Positions 10,907 to 23,232 of a stretch of 64,000 nucleotides of DNA are shown here, piece after piece. This DNA comes from Atractiella rhizophila (lineage: Eukaryota): the NCBI GenBank assembly GCA_021432655.1, contig MU271388.1, positions 1 to 64,000 of the forward strand, written 5' to 3'. The position numbers and the translations under genes were made by a program. Every line of letters starts with the position of its first letter. Within the stretch, counting starts at the first letter, position 1. Under the pieces are notes generated by a model, which worked only from the letters and a program-made list of their open reading frames with translations, searched no databases and was not told the DNA's origin.

Positions 10907-13900
10907 ATGGCAGCACGCCGCCGCCCACTGCCCCCGCCGCCCCAGCCATCCACCTCCGCCCTCCAGCCTCAGCCGCCTGCACCCACTCCGGCCCCAGCGA
11001 CGCAGGCCCCAGAGCCACGCAGGAGAAGCATCGAGAAGCCCCCGCTGGATGAGAACGGCAATTTTCCAGCCAGCGCGCACGCAGAGCCAGCGGGGGGAGT
11101 GGGATCCGAAGATGCGCATCCGCAGGGAGGTTTTTCGGAGGACGATCTCGTCGGTGATTTCGATGTGTTCTTTGGAGATGGTTCGTCTTTTCCTTTCCTT
11201 TTCCTTTCTTTTCCTCTGCTTTTGGTGTGAGAGAGGAATGAACGTCTTTTTCATCGGGTGGTTCAAGGACGTTTGCCGGCGTATGGTCATCCCGAGCCCC
11301 CACCACCGCCGTTGACTCCAGCTCCTCCCTCCGCGCCTCTCCTCCCCACCTCCAACCCTACATCGCCCACCAACTCCTCCTTCCCCTTCTCTCCCACCTC
11401 CGGCCGTCGCGTCCTCCCCACTGTTCCAAATCGGACGCCCACCACACTAACCATCCCGTCGACAGCGGCACCCACACCAACAAGTGGAAGCACGCCCTCG
11501 CTCCAAGCCGAATTCGACCTCACCTCGCCCCTGAGCTCTCCCCACCCCGGCTTGGGAGGAGGAGCAGGTGCTGATCTCAACCGGGCACCGTCCTACAGGA
11601 CCGCGACCCGCACCAATCCCTCCGTCCCCCCGCCCGTGCCCTCCCTCCCCCCGGAATACATCCCCTCCACCCCGGCAGCCGCCAACAATCGACATAGAGC
11701 CGCGTCCCTCGTCTCCACCGCCTCTCCTCCCAACCCCAACGTTCCCATGCCGCCCCTCCACCACCACCACCAACAAACGCTCCCCGCGCCGGCGGTTAGG
11801 ACACACGGACCCATCCTGCCCTCGTTCCATCCCAATGCGTACTCGTCGCCTTATGGGAGGAACGAGACGTTCGGGAAGATGATGTTTCAGTCTGCGACCG
11901 GGGGGAAGACGCTGGGATTCTATAACCACAGTGTTGGTGGACTGTTGGGCGAGAACCAGATGACGAACCTACCACAGTCGCTCGGAGGTGGAGGGGGAGG
12001 GATGAAGGGGAAAGGGAGAGAAATCCCTCCGCCCTTACCCACGAAACCGGTTCCCACTAGACAAGGAAGCGTACAGGGTCAAGGGACGTATATGGTAGCG
12101 GTTTCGCAGCCGATGGGGCCAGGAGGAAGCTTGGGGATGCCACCACAACAGCAGCAGATATCCCCATCGCCCTTCCAGACTTCACACTCCATTCCCTCCC
12201 CTCCAGCCTCCTCGACCTCCTTCATGCCCTCCTCAACAGCACCCACAACAGCCCCGTACCCCTCCTACTCCACAGCACCCATCCGACCCTCTCCCCACCC
12301 GTACCCACACACAGCACCGCCCATCCCAACGGTCGGAAGCCCAGAACCCATCGTGCCCGCTCCGCAGCCGCAGAGGTTCTCGAACCCCACCCCTGGTACC
12401 AACATGGGCATGGCCGGTATGGGTGGTATGGGAGGCATGGCGGTCTCGACTCCTCCGCGTCCACCGCCCCCGAAACGGTACTCGTCCGACGGCTCACACA
12501 CTTCGTCCATCTCGTCGGAGGCGCTCACCATTCGGAGGACCGCTCCTCTTCCTTCGGGGTATCAGCCGATGACACAACACAGAAGAGGTGTGGGGATGGG
12601 AATGGGCGTGAGCAGTCAGGAGGAGAGCAAGGCGGTGGAGGAGGAGGAGATCTTGAATGATGGATATGGACCGGGTGCACCGATGGCTGGAGGGGGAGAG
12701 GACGACTATTGGAGGCGGGTGAGAGAGGTGCAGGCGCAACAGAACCCGAACTTGCACGCTCCCTCTCCATCCGCCTCTGTTTCCGTCCATCCGGCAATCA
12801 CCACTCGACCGCTCTCTGCGCCTTCTGCTCAGGTACATGCCCAAGGACGAGGACGAGGACAGGGAGTGCCGATGGCCGGATGGGATCCGGACGAGTTGGC
12901 TGGACAAGAAGAGGGGGACGAAGACGACGAATTCGAAGGAGGCGGCTTGACGGTCGTGGAGAAGAAGAACCTGATCAAGCGGAAAAAGAAGCTGCAAGCG
13001 CTCCTCGGGGAGGAGTTGGAGCAGGCCCCAGGGTTTTATTCCCTGCAAGGAGAGGGCGGGACGAACAGTACGGTGGGAGTGTCGGATGCGCGGAGCGTGA
13101 GGAGCGGAAGGAGCGGATCGTTGGGTGGCTTTGGGGGGTCGTCATCTAACTTGCCCCTCCCTCCACTGCCCCCTCTCAATACCATCCCATCCACAACCTT
13201 CGCCCCCCCGCTGTCGGCCACGTCGACTTCGACCGGAGAGGATGCTGGAGGAGCAGGGGGGCCGGCGTACGAGTCGTACTCTTCACATGGGGAGTTCCTC
13301 TCCACGCCGTCGTCCGGAGCCAGCGCGGTGGCGTCCTCCCTCCTCTCTCGATTCGCTCGCTCCTCCTCCGCATCATCCAACCAATCCGGCTCTTCCCTAG
13401 ACCGCTCTTTCTCCGTCTCTTCAGGCACTTATTCCCCCCTCTCGCCCATCCGTGACTCTGTCAGCCCTTTCATCACGAGTGCGCTGTCGAAGATCAATAG
13501 CTTGAATAACGGACAGGGAGAGAGGAGCTCGAGTAGAGAGAGGGAGGTTTATCCTGGGACGGATAGGAGGAGGAGGGTGTCGAGCCGTAGCAGTCTGTTG
13601 AGCACTGGAGGGACGGGAGCAGCGATACAGCCGGTGGGTGCGAAGAGGAACGATAATACTTCGCCGGAGAGCTTGATGTCTTTACCTGAAGGAGCGGAGA
13701 TGGAGAACTTGGCTATCAGCGCTGGATTCAGGAGCGGATACGGTTACTCTCCCGTGCGTCCTCTTTCCCTATCTCCCCAAAGGGCAGGTATGCTGATCCA
13801 TGTTTCATCGTGATGTAGAACCCCAATCGAGAGTCGACGACTTCCTTGCCAGCTGGCTTCGGAGGCACGATCTCTCCCAAACACTCGCTCGCTGCCCTCG

Positions 13901-14574
13901 CGCGCGCCAACAGCGTGAAATCGGCCGAAGTGGATCGTCGGAACAGCGCACGTTCCACAGGCAAAGAGAGCTTCATCTCCGAAGGCGCCCAACGATCTCC
14001 CCTCGAAAGCGAATACGACAGCAGTCGGGACTCGCACGCTTACGCCGGATACATGACCGACGTCCTCGGTGGGAAAGCGCTGAATCGGAACTCGAGCGGA
14101 GGGAGTAAGAGCAGCGGCTTGTTCGTCGACCCCGCCTTTGGAGGGGATAGCAGTGGAGAGAGAGATGGGAGCTTGTCCAGGAACACGAGCTTGTCCTCGG
14201 GCGGTGGTGCAGGGAGTCAGTTTGAGGAGGACAGCAAGGGTTCGACGGCGAGGGATTCGTTCACCGAGGAAGCTTATCGACATGATATCACCGGATCCCT
14301 ACTTTACGCCCCTCGGATCGAGGTCGATCAGCTCTCTCTTCCTGATATCCAAGGCATCGGACTGTCCATCGACCCTTTTGCGATCAAGACTGCACATAGG
14401 CAGGAGGAAGAGGAGGAGGAGGAGGAACTCGAGACTGCGAGAGAAAAGAGCGATAATTTTACGGAGGGACAGACCCCGTTGCCGCTGCACGATTCCTTAA
14501 AAATGTTCCCCCTGTCGAATTCCCCACCGTCGAATTCGACAATATACGCCGATACCAACCCTGGGAGTTCCTAG
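10907..14574 (+). CDS. Large Pro/Ser/Gly-rich, probably disordered hypothetical protein (3 exons)
   Basis: ATG 10907, introns at about 11181-11267 and 13789-13852, and an 851-aa open internal ORF. No domain recognised. Confidence 0.65.
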
Positions 14575-16328
14575 TTATCCATGTGGTGTGTTTTCCCTTC
14601 CCAAACCCCTAAATTTAATCTGATAAATCCAAAACAAGACTAGTGCTGTATGTCTAAGCAGGAATCACTTTACTTACTATCGGAAGAATTTACGATACCT
14701 CGTGTACTTTTATCACAGAACCAAACATCTCCCTCTTCAATCGTCATTCTGGATTCCGTTCGGGACTTCAAACACACCATACCTAGAGAAGAAGTCGACT
14801 CAAAAGGAATCGACTCCCGAATTCGAATTTCTCCCTTCATTCACCCACGGACTAAACGAGTCCCATTCACTGTTTCAACTGCCAATTGTACGTTGTGCCC
14901 TTGCCGCTTGCTTGCTTGTGTGTGCATACTTGTTGTATTCCGATCTATCGCCTTCAGTTTCCCCCTCGTCCACGATCGGTTACCCTGAAAACGATGATTT
15001 TTCCTTAAAAGACTTGGTTATGGTCTATTATGTTGATTTACTGCCGTATTAATGGTAATACGATCCCAAGTCGTCGAATCATTTCTTTTCCTTCTGTTAT
15101 CCCGTCACCAAGACCTCCTAGGCGTGTCTGAAGCTGCACCTTTTGTGGTGCTTCGGCAGCACAGGGGAATTCGTGAAACTGATGGAATATGAAAGGTGCA
15201 CGTGACTTTAGGAGCATGACGTCCAAGTGTATCAGACTTTGTACTTATCGACGACCAAGGCTTCTGAACTTGTAAGATTATCGCAGAGCAAGGAATGTGG
15301 CTTGGGGAAGACATGTTGGAAACATTTGAGTACTTTAGGGCCAAGGGTTTTTGCAAGGTGTGCCTCAGACTAATATTAATATTTGATCTCTTTTTCTTCT
15401 GAGTTGTGCTGGGCGTTGAGATACCTCATTCCAATCCGCTTTGAAAATATTCTAGAGACCCTTCAAGTTGTTTTCTGGCTTGGTCGTGTCACGATGTCCC
15501 AGTGTGAGCAAACAAGACATTCAAATTGATCAATTGACCTGGTGATATGTGCACGATGAGAGCGTCCTGTGCTTAGAAAAGAAGGCACTCGCACCTTTCC
15601 TCTTCTATCAATATATTTATTTATAATATGAATTCGGACAACACTTCTAATATTATTCTGGCCAGACGGCGGAGATGCAATGAACGCCCTCCCTTAGGTG
15701 TACTCTCCCTGAGGTCTAGTTTGGGTTGTTTACGGACCTGACGCGGCTTAAAACAGAATGGCAGAAAAGGGGTAGGGCCGAGTAAATCATCTTTGGGTGT
15801 GGGTGTGCATGAATCATTGGATAACGTGCTTCCTATCAACAAAGCAGGTACTGCGCCAAGAATGGTTCATGGAGCTTCGAAATTTGACTCGTCCGCAATC
15901 AGGACGATGATTCCCCTCTACTTCTTCAAATCGCTGCACCGGGTGCCTAGTTTCAAGGTCAAAGGAGCGTCCTTCTTTAGCGAGATTTCGTGCTGACAAC
16001 CAATTTCTACCAAATCAGAGCTACTGAGCACGATGATTGTATTGAGACATATTTGAGGAACGTAGTTCATACAACAGGACAACAGCACAGCTTAGCATGT
16101 GAAAGATGGAGCACACAGGCGCACGGACTTTTAACAGAAAAAGAGGAGAAGGAGAAGGTCAAGAATGCTCTATCGAGAAAGAATTAAGCATGTCGCAATC
16201 ACCTAGAAGTCGAGGAAAACAAACTCACTTCAGTGAACATGCTGCTCCTGCTCACCCGCTCAGCCGAGTAATCAGTCAAACACAAAAGGAACGTACATTG
16301 TACATTGATCAAACCATGTTGGTTCTCT

Positions 16329-16472
16329 TTACGATCCTATGCATCGCTTCGTAGCAGGGTCGCGCTTGGCGGGAGGGCAGATGTCGGTTCCAATAGACGG
16401 AGCAGGTGCAGGTGCAGCGAGAACAGCGAATGGGAGGACGAGGAGAGCAAACAGAACTCTGAGATACTGCAT
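16329..16472 (-). CDS. Small secreted peptide precursor, 47 aa: MQYLRVLFALLVLPFAVLAAPAPAPSIGTDICPPAKRDPATKRCIGS
   Basis: Signal-peptide-like N-terminus ending VLA-AP, two Cys, two KR sites, TATAAAA about 90 nt upstream. Below the ORF-track length cutoff. Confidence 0.7.
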   Translation of the reverse strand: MQYLRVLFALLVLPFAVLAAPAPAPSIGTDICPPAKRDPATKRCIGS

Positions 16473-16560
16473 GATGGTTGAATCCTAATTTTTCTTTGAA
16501 GTCTGCTTAGGAGAGGACTCGCTTGGTCTGGATGGAGGATGAGCGACCCAAAAACCCATC

Positions 16561-16567
16561 TTTTATA
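16561..16567 (-). promoter_or_regulatory. TATA box of the small secreted peptide gene
   Basis: CTATAAAAG on the minus strand upstream of ATG 16472. Confidence 0.5.
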
Positions 16568-18949
16568 GCTTTTCGGCAGAGACCAACGGAGGAGTTGACC
16601 ATCTTCTAGAAAGCCTTCGTCTCGACGGTTCGAGCGTCTACATCTGAGAGAGGGACAGATGGAAGCTGGTTTGATGAGGTAGCAGCAGAGATTTGAGGCA
16701 CCGAGGTGCATTCATAATTTGAGAATCGGGAGAGAATTGAACGTCGAACGTTGACGATTGGCTGTGATGTCGGCTTGTCGTGCGAGCAAATGGACTGCAA
16801 GATTGAACTCGTCCACGCCGACGCCCAAAGTTCGAGCGACGTCGGGTCTGAAATCGATCCAATTCAGATCAACCCTTTATCATCTGCCGGTACGCCCTTC
16901 TTGGACGTTGACATCGTTTCATCGCCCATTGAAACCTTACAGAGATGTCTTTCGTCCGAACTATCGATGCAGACGCCTGAAGGTCTTGACCTTGCCAGTC
17001 TATCTTGCTGGAGTTACCTGCATTCTTAACTGCCTCGAATCATGTTTGAATATTTTATTCTTAGGGCGTTAGGCTCGGGTGAGGATAAAGTTGCGCATTC
17101 ATTCATTCTCGGAAAGATTACACGAAAACAACACTGATCATTGGAGACGATGATTTTGTACTGAGAATACCATGGATTTCGTGCTGCCTGTTCGAATCGA
17201 GCAAAAAGCAGTGAGCAAAAGCGCTGACAGCGGGACGGCGGAGACAGAAACATATACACTGAATGATGCTGAGATATAACCCTGTCTTGCATGTCAGTGG
17301 TGCCATCCCCATTTTCAGATCGAAATACAAAAACGGACCTTGGAGAATGAAAGGTGTTCATGAACCGATGCAGTCCTGGGTGGTTGGATCGCGTTTCGCC
17401 GATGGAGGGCAGATAGCGTCAGTCTGGGGCAAAGCGAACGTGACGAATGCCAGAACAGCAAAGAGAAGTTGAGCGAAAGCCTTCATGGTATGGTGATGTT
17501 CGACGATTCAAGAGTCTGATATTTGTAGGATGGATTGCTCTGAATGAGCAAGGTCGCTATGGACACTTTTATACCCCTGCGGCGGGCGACTAGTTGACTG
17601 AAGGCTCGCTCCTCCGACATTCCTTCCCTCTCGAGCACCACATTTCTTGGACTTATTACTTGTCATGTGCAACCTAAGAGCGAGAGATCGCCTTGCTGCT
17701 CATGACGAGAGGGGAGATAGAAAGTCGAGGATCCAAAACCGACAGACTGCCAAAAAGCGATCCGAGATCCGTCGCCCAATCTCGCGGCGCGATACGTATC
17801 CACGAAACCGAGGACACAAAGGACGGTGCTACCGGACAGGATTGAATGAAGGTGAAATATGCCAGAAAGAGACAGGACGGCTGTCATTTCCTCTTCTTCT
17901 GCAATTGATGAGCACGAAGCTCAAGGCGGGGTCATCCTAAAACTCACGACCGCCAGCGACTAAAGACTCCCAGTTTCGCCCACCGAGTTCCTTCGTGGGA
18001 TTACACTCGGAGGAGATTGATTCAGCAAAACGATGAGATCTAACAGGGCGAAAAGTGAGATTGCCATTTCCAAACCAGGCGCGTTTCGTCGTGTTCCAGT
18101 GTTCCAGCATCCTGTGCATGTGCAGCGCAGCACCTTGCTGCCTCAAAATTTCCGCCACCATCCATACCCTGTTGGCAATTTCTCCTTCGCTTTCCTGTCT
18201 TCTCATGCAACCTAGCAGCCTAATTATGATCGCCAGATGAAGTTTTTGGGTAACTAGATTTGGGCAGCTATTGGTTTAAGATCTCATTGGAGGAATCAAG
18301 AGGAATCGTGAAACCTGGGCAGGTGAGTTCTGTGTCAAATCTGGATGTGGGTGCTGGAGAGCATGCATGATGATTCCATTGATTACACTATCTTTGAAGA
18401 AGCATACGCTTCGAATGATACGAAACATCATTTTGAACTACAACGGTATCTGACATGTTGTACTGCCCACCTTTGACTGCATTGCTTAATAACATATTCA
18501 CCATGTTTCTTTAGGCATCCCGCGTAATACGGCGCTCGAGGACGGTAGTTGCAACCATGGGGACATCAAGAAACGTGGGGAGCTTGGGTTCAAAAGGTAC
18601 GTTTGCTCTGAACATACCTGATTATATCACATAGCACATATCACATCTGCTGGAATGCGAATGCCAATTTCATTATGAACAATCATCTGCACTAGCCCCA
18701 ATGATGATATGTCCCGCTGATAGGCATTTCAACTTTTGCCATCTTCGCTGTTGAAGATCTTAAAATATGAGCGCTCTACTATCTCTCTTCGTTCTTCTTG
18801 AAGTTGCAGGAGGAAATACAGAGCTGGCCTCTCCAGGGGTACGACAATCTCTTGGCCCTGTTATTTGTCTTTTTCACATCGGCAAGATCATCGGCGGGAA
18901 GAGTGTCGCCTCAAAACGAGCGGGGTGAGCTGTCCAAGCAGGTCCGAAG

Positions 18950-20438
18950 ATGTCGAAACGTTCAAACTCTATTCGCGTTGGTTCGTTTCCTTTGACTCTT
19001 ATTATCTCCTTCTCCCTGATTGAACTGACATCGTCAACAAGAAGGCTTCAAGCGGCATGTGCTGTTTACTCACGATTTTGGTCATAAAGTGTGTTTTCCC
19101 CCTTTTCTTCTACTCCTCCTTACAGAAGTCTCTTGAAAGTCGGTCCCTCTCTTGCCGTTTGACCCCTTGCTTCATCCTCATACCTTTTATGTTACTCATG
19201 GCTTCCCACCTTTCCGAGTCTCCGAGGACGAGATTGAATTCCCGATTTGGGATACCATCGTCGTGGGAGAACTGGCAAGGTTTACAGGAATGTGGATGCG
19301 CTGGACGAAGGTTTGGGAGCGGTATAAGGAGACAGGAATGGTCAGCGAACCGCGGCACTGGAAGAGCTTTGTTGTCGTCGATAGGAAAGGAGTGGCCGGC
19401 AAGATTGGACGTGTCAAGACTCCTCCCATCTTCGAACAGGCAGATAAAGTGCGTTCTACCTTTTCCATTAATATTGTCTAATTAACTACCCAGCCGATTC
19501 CCGTTCGACCGCCTCTTACAAACTTTCCCACGACAAGCGTCGTTCCTTATTTCTCCAACGGCAGCGCCGCTGGTGTAAAGGATCTTCAACCTCAGTTCTC
19601 TGCATCTAATTCAATGACCAACATCTCGGCGTTGAAGCCAAATCGGAGGCTGCCAACTCCACCACAACCACCGGTCGCTTCACGCATTCCTCCTGCCCTT
19701 TTTGGATCTCAGTCTTTGACCGGTGGCGTATCACGTTCTCGTCCCATACCTTGTCCTCAGACGTCAAATGCTGGTCCCAACCTGACCCCTTCACGTCCTC
19801 CCATCCGTCAAGAGTTGACATCTGCTTCCCGTCGACCAAATCCCCCTCCTGTTCTACCCATTCCACTCCAAACCCAAACTCCCCCGTCTCCAACCCCTGC
19901 CACGCCTTCAAGCACGAGTTCACTTCCCAGTTTCACATACGAGAAAGACGACGTGTCCCCATCGACCTCGGTATCCACTCTCCCAACACCGAATGCGACG
20001 ACTCCCGATACTTCTCCGCCAATTAAAGCGGGCGAGCTTCCAGCTCGAGAGCTTCGCAGTCTCCCCAAGCAGCAGCAGTCAGCGTTGGACCTGCCGAAAG
20101 AGGATCAGCACCTTTCCAATACCTCCAAAGTCTTGGATTGGCTCGCTACTCACGCATCAAACCCGTCCTTGTTTCATGCTGCCATTCCTGCTGGGGAGGA
20201 GTTCAATGTCACCGATATCTATGGTCTTGGTGTGGTCGCTGGATTCGCGCTGCTGACGATGGCATGGACGCAACTCTGGGGCTTCTTTAAAGGGATTTGT
20301 CGAGTTTGTGCTGTGGAATCGACCATCGGCTTCATCTTCCTGATTGTTGCAGGGAGAATGGGACTGAGGGTGGAAGAGAGATGGATATTATTGTTTGTCG
20401 TAGCGGGTGCAACAACTCGAGCTCTCTTTTTTTCTTGA
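18950..20438 (+). CDS. Hypothetical multi-exon protein with a Pro/Thr/Ser-rich middle and about 3 C-terminal transmembrane segments; start uncertain
   Basis: ORF 19152-19481 splices (ADK/GTGCGT...CAG at 19493) in frame into ORF 19614-20438, which ends in hydrophobic segments. Confidence 0.5.
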
Positions 20439-20656
20439 TTATTCTCAATCGGACAATTCATACATGATGAAGACTGGTGAATTTTGCTTACACAAACGGA
20501 CACGTTGATTAGCCCTAAGTATGAGAATGCATCCTGTGTCATCAGAACTCTGGTGCTGAAACGATGACTTTTGCAAAATGATTAGGTCTTGGACTTGCGG
20601 TGAGGAATACAACTAGCCACTGGAACATCTCATGTGGAAATTTTCACCCACACTCC

Positions 20657-21930
20657 CTAAACAGTCCCCTTTCCCAACTCCCTCCACCTCTCTCTCATCC
20701 ACTTTCCCAAACCAATCAGTCCCCAACTCCACTTCCACTCTGTCTCCAGCTCCTTTTCAGCCTTACCTTCCATTGGTTTACCTTCCAGATCCTCTTGAAT
20801 ATCTGGGAGCTTGTTCCAGTTGCGTTCGACTAGACGCTGTTCAATTTCGGGTTCGCTTTCTTTGTAGACGCGCTCGAGTTCGGATTCCAGAGAAAGAAGC
20901 GAGCGACGGACATGGTACGGTGCTGCGGCATTGTAAGAACGAATGGAGGAATTGACGGTTTTCAGGTCGAGCTCGTGGTACGTCCTACCCACCAAAACCT
21001 GTCAACCCCCTCTCAAGCGGAGGCGACAGCAGAAAAACATCACCTTTCTCTCTTTTCCCACTCCTGATCTCTAAAGCCCGTCGCTGCCTTCTTTCCCTCT
21101 AATCCCAAACTTCTCACTGCTCTTCTGGTCCAGTTCTCCTTCCATTGACTCCTAAGCCTCGCTACTTCAGCCTCCATGCTCTTTTGCAACTCTATCCACG
21201 GAGGAACCGCGCCTTGCTTGCCCACTATTCGATTAAGGATCCTTTCCTCATTGCTGAGGAATGGATTATACGCGCTTTCATCCCTCTGCAGTGGTTTTCC
21301 GCGCCCGTTGAGGTTGTTGAAGGCTCCGCGCTGACGGGCGTGCTCAATCCGTTCGTCGATAAGCGAGCGAATGGACGACAAGGAGCGAGGAAGCGGCATG
21401 TGTGTGGTCGTCGTGACATTCTCCCCACTCCCCAAGGAAGAAGAAGAGGCGGCAGGGGAAAGACGTCGATCTGTCACTCGTTCGCGAACATCGATAAGAC
21501 GGTCAACATGGGACGTCCTTTTGGAAGACTTCTTCAGGAAGAGGCTGCCGCTTTTGACTTTTGGCCTCTCAACATGTGTTTCTGGAGGCTTAAAGGTCAC
21601 GTCCCATGGGTTGACCGGTTTACCAGGTTCCACCTTCGTGCTCGCGCTCCCATTCACACTTGATTCGGATGTCCACGCGTCATAAATCGGTCTTTCAGTT
21701 GGTTGTTGCACCTTTTTCTCCCACCCGGTGACCCTCAAAGGCTTGTATTTGTCGACGAGCATTCTCAACACTGCATCTTGCACCGGCTCGTCTCCAGTCC
21801 ACGGCGTCTCCGTCGCTCGCGCCAGAAGCGCTTGTGATTGAGCGGAGGGACGGGGTGGAGGTGGTTCGCTTGCCGCTTGGCGTAGGAGGTGCGCGGCTGC
21901 TGAAGTTGATGGTGTCGGTTTTCGGGGCAT
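20657..21930 (-). CDS. DUF1992 (DNAJC28 conserved domain) protein, 2 exons
   Basis: IDERIEHARQRGAFNNLNGRGKPL...NRIVGKQGAVPPWIEL; exon 2 contains VNSSIRSYNAAAPY. Confidence 0.8.
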
Positions 21931-23232
21931 GGTCAGCGTTCAACGCTCAGCGTCAAAGGTTTGATCGGTGACCTGACTTTGCATAACAAAATTTCAGCGA
22001 TTACTGCACGACTGCGGGGGTGTAGTCATTGTGTGACCTTAGAACCCGGGCTGAGGACAATTATACTGATACAGACATACGACCAGTGCACTCCCAAAAA
22101 GGCAAGTATCATAAATAATGACGGCCTTTTGGTTGGATTCTGGAACAAACTAATCTAATGATGAAAATGAGAAGGTCAACGCTGGACCTACAGCAAACAC
22201 AGAGAGAAAAAGGTTGCTTAAACCGGTTCTTTCAGTCTCTGAGACGACTGATTATCTGATTGGGTTGAGTGAAGACGATACCCAAGCCGCTAGCTCCCTT
22301 GGTGTTGAAATGCATAAATGGATGTGCATGTACGCCGTGTAAAGCGCAACATCATCGCACCTACGTGAGGTAGCCTCGCCCCAGAAAGCAAACGATAGAC
22401 TTTTACCTATATACTGTCAGGTATCCATTTACTTTTAAAATTGAGTACGAAAGAGACTGAGACGAAGCAAACCTTTTACGTCTCGGCTTTGTGCTGTGAA
22501 AGAAAGAAAGGTAGATTTGGCGTCAGCCTCGCCTCATCCCAATCCTACATGGCACATTGCTCAAAGGTAGGACACTTCGTCCATAATTTCTTCATGGTCG
22601 AACAATTAATGAACCGTCTCCCTACTCTTCGATGAGACCGCAAGAGGAGGAATAAACGCCACTTTCTAAAAATGCGTGCCATTCTTTGATGTGGGAAAGT
22701 TGTGCCAGCTGTGTGGTGCTTTGTACGAAGTTCCACCTCCTGCATTGACTGCATTCCGCTGTGAATGGCAGAGAGTTAATTTCTCTCCGACCTCTTTCAA
22801 GATTTGAAGGAATGCCTGTCTTTGTCAAGCCGAAGACATGTGCCCCAGGGACTGAAACATGCGCTCTTGAACATATCCAACACTGCAAACCTATCAAAAT
22901 AAACGACATAAAGACACCTACATATTTCTTAGTTGCTCCTCCAACGCTCAAGGCGTGCTTTGCTCCGAGGCTGAATTGCGATTCCCAGCTAATCGACGAC
23001 AGCACTCAGAATTGCCCAAGAGCTATCCACCTTTGAAACTATCTAGTCCTCTTCTCAGAACTCCGTAAGGGCCGCCTTATCAAGTCGAGAGCTGAGGCAA
23101 TGCAATAGAGAGTCGAGAGTGACGAAATCGCGGCCGGAATTCGCTTCGATCATTCAAAAAGTTTCTCAATCTCTTTCTTTCGAAAGCAATAGCGCTTCAC
23201 TTTTCAGCTGTTTCTGCGCGAGATAAGCAATC

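Noticed and set aside
16106..16354. Plus-strand ORF ending in CIAS* (CaaX-like, possible lipopeptide pheromone)
   Set aside because: It lacks pheromone-precursor composition, and its end overlaps antisense to the better-supported secreted peptide gene.
22000..23100. Short ORFs between the DUF1992 gene and MRD1
   Set aside because: No coherent exon chain or motif.
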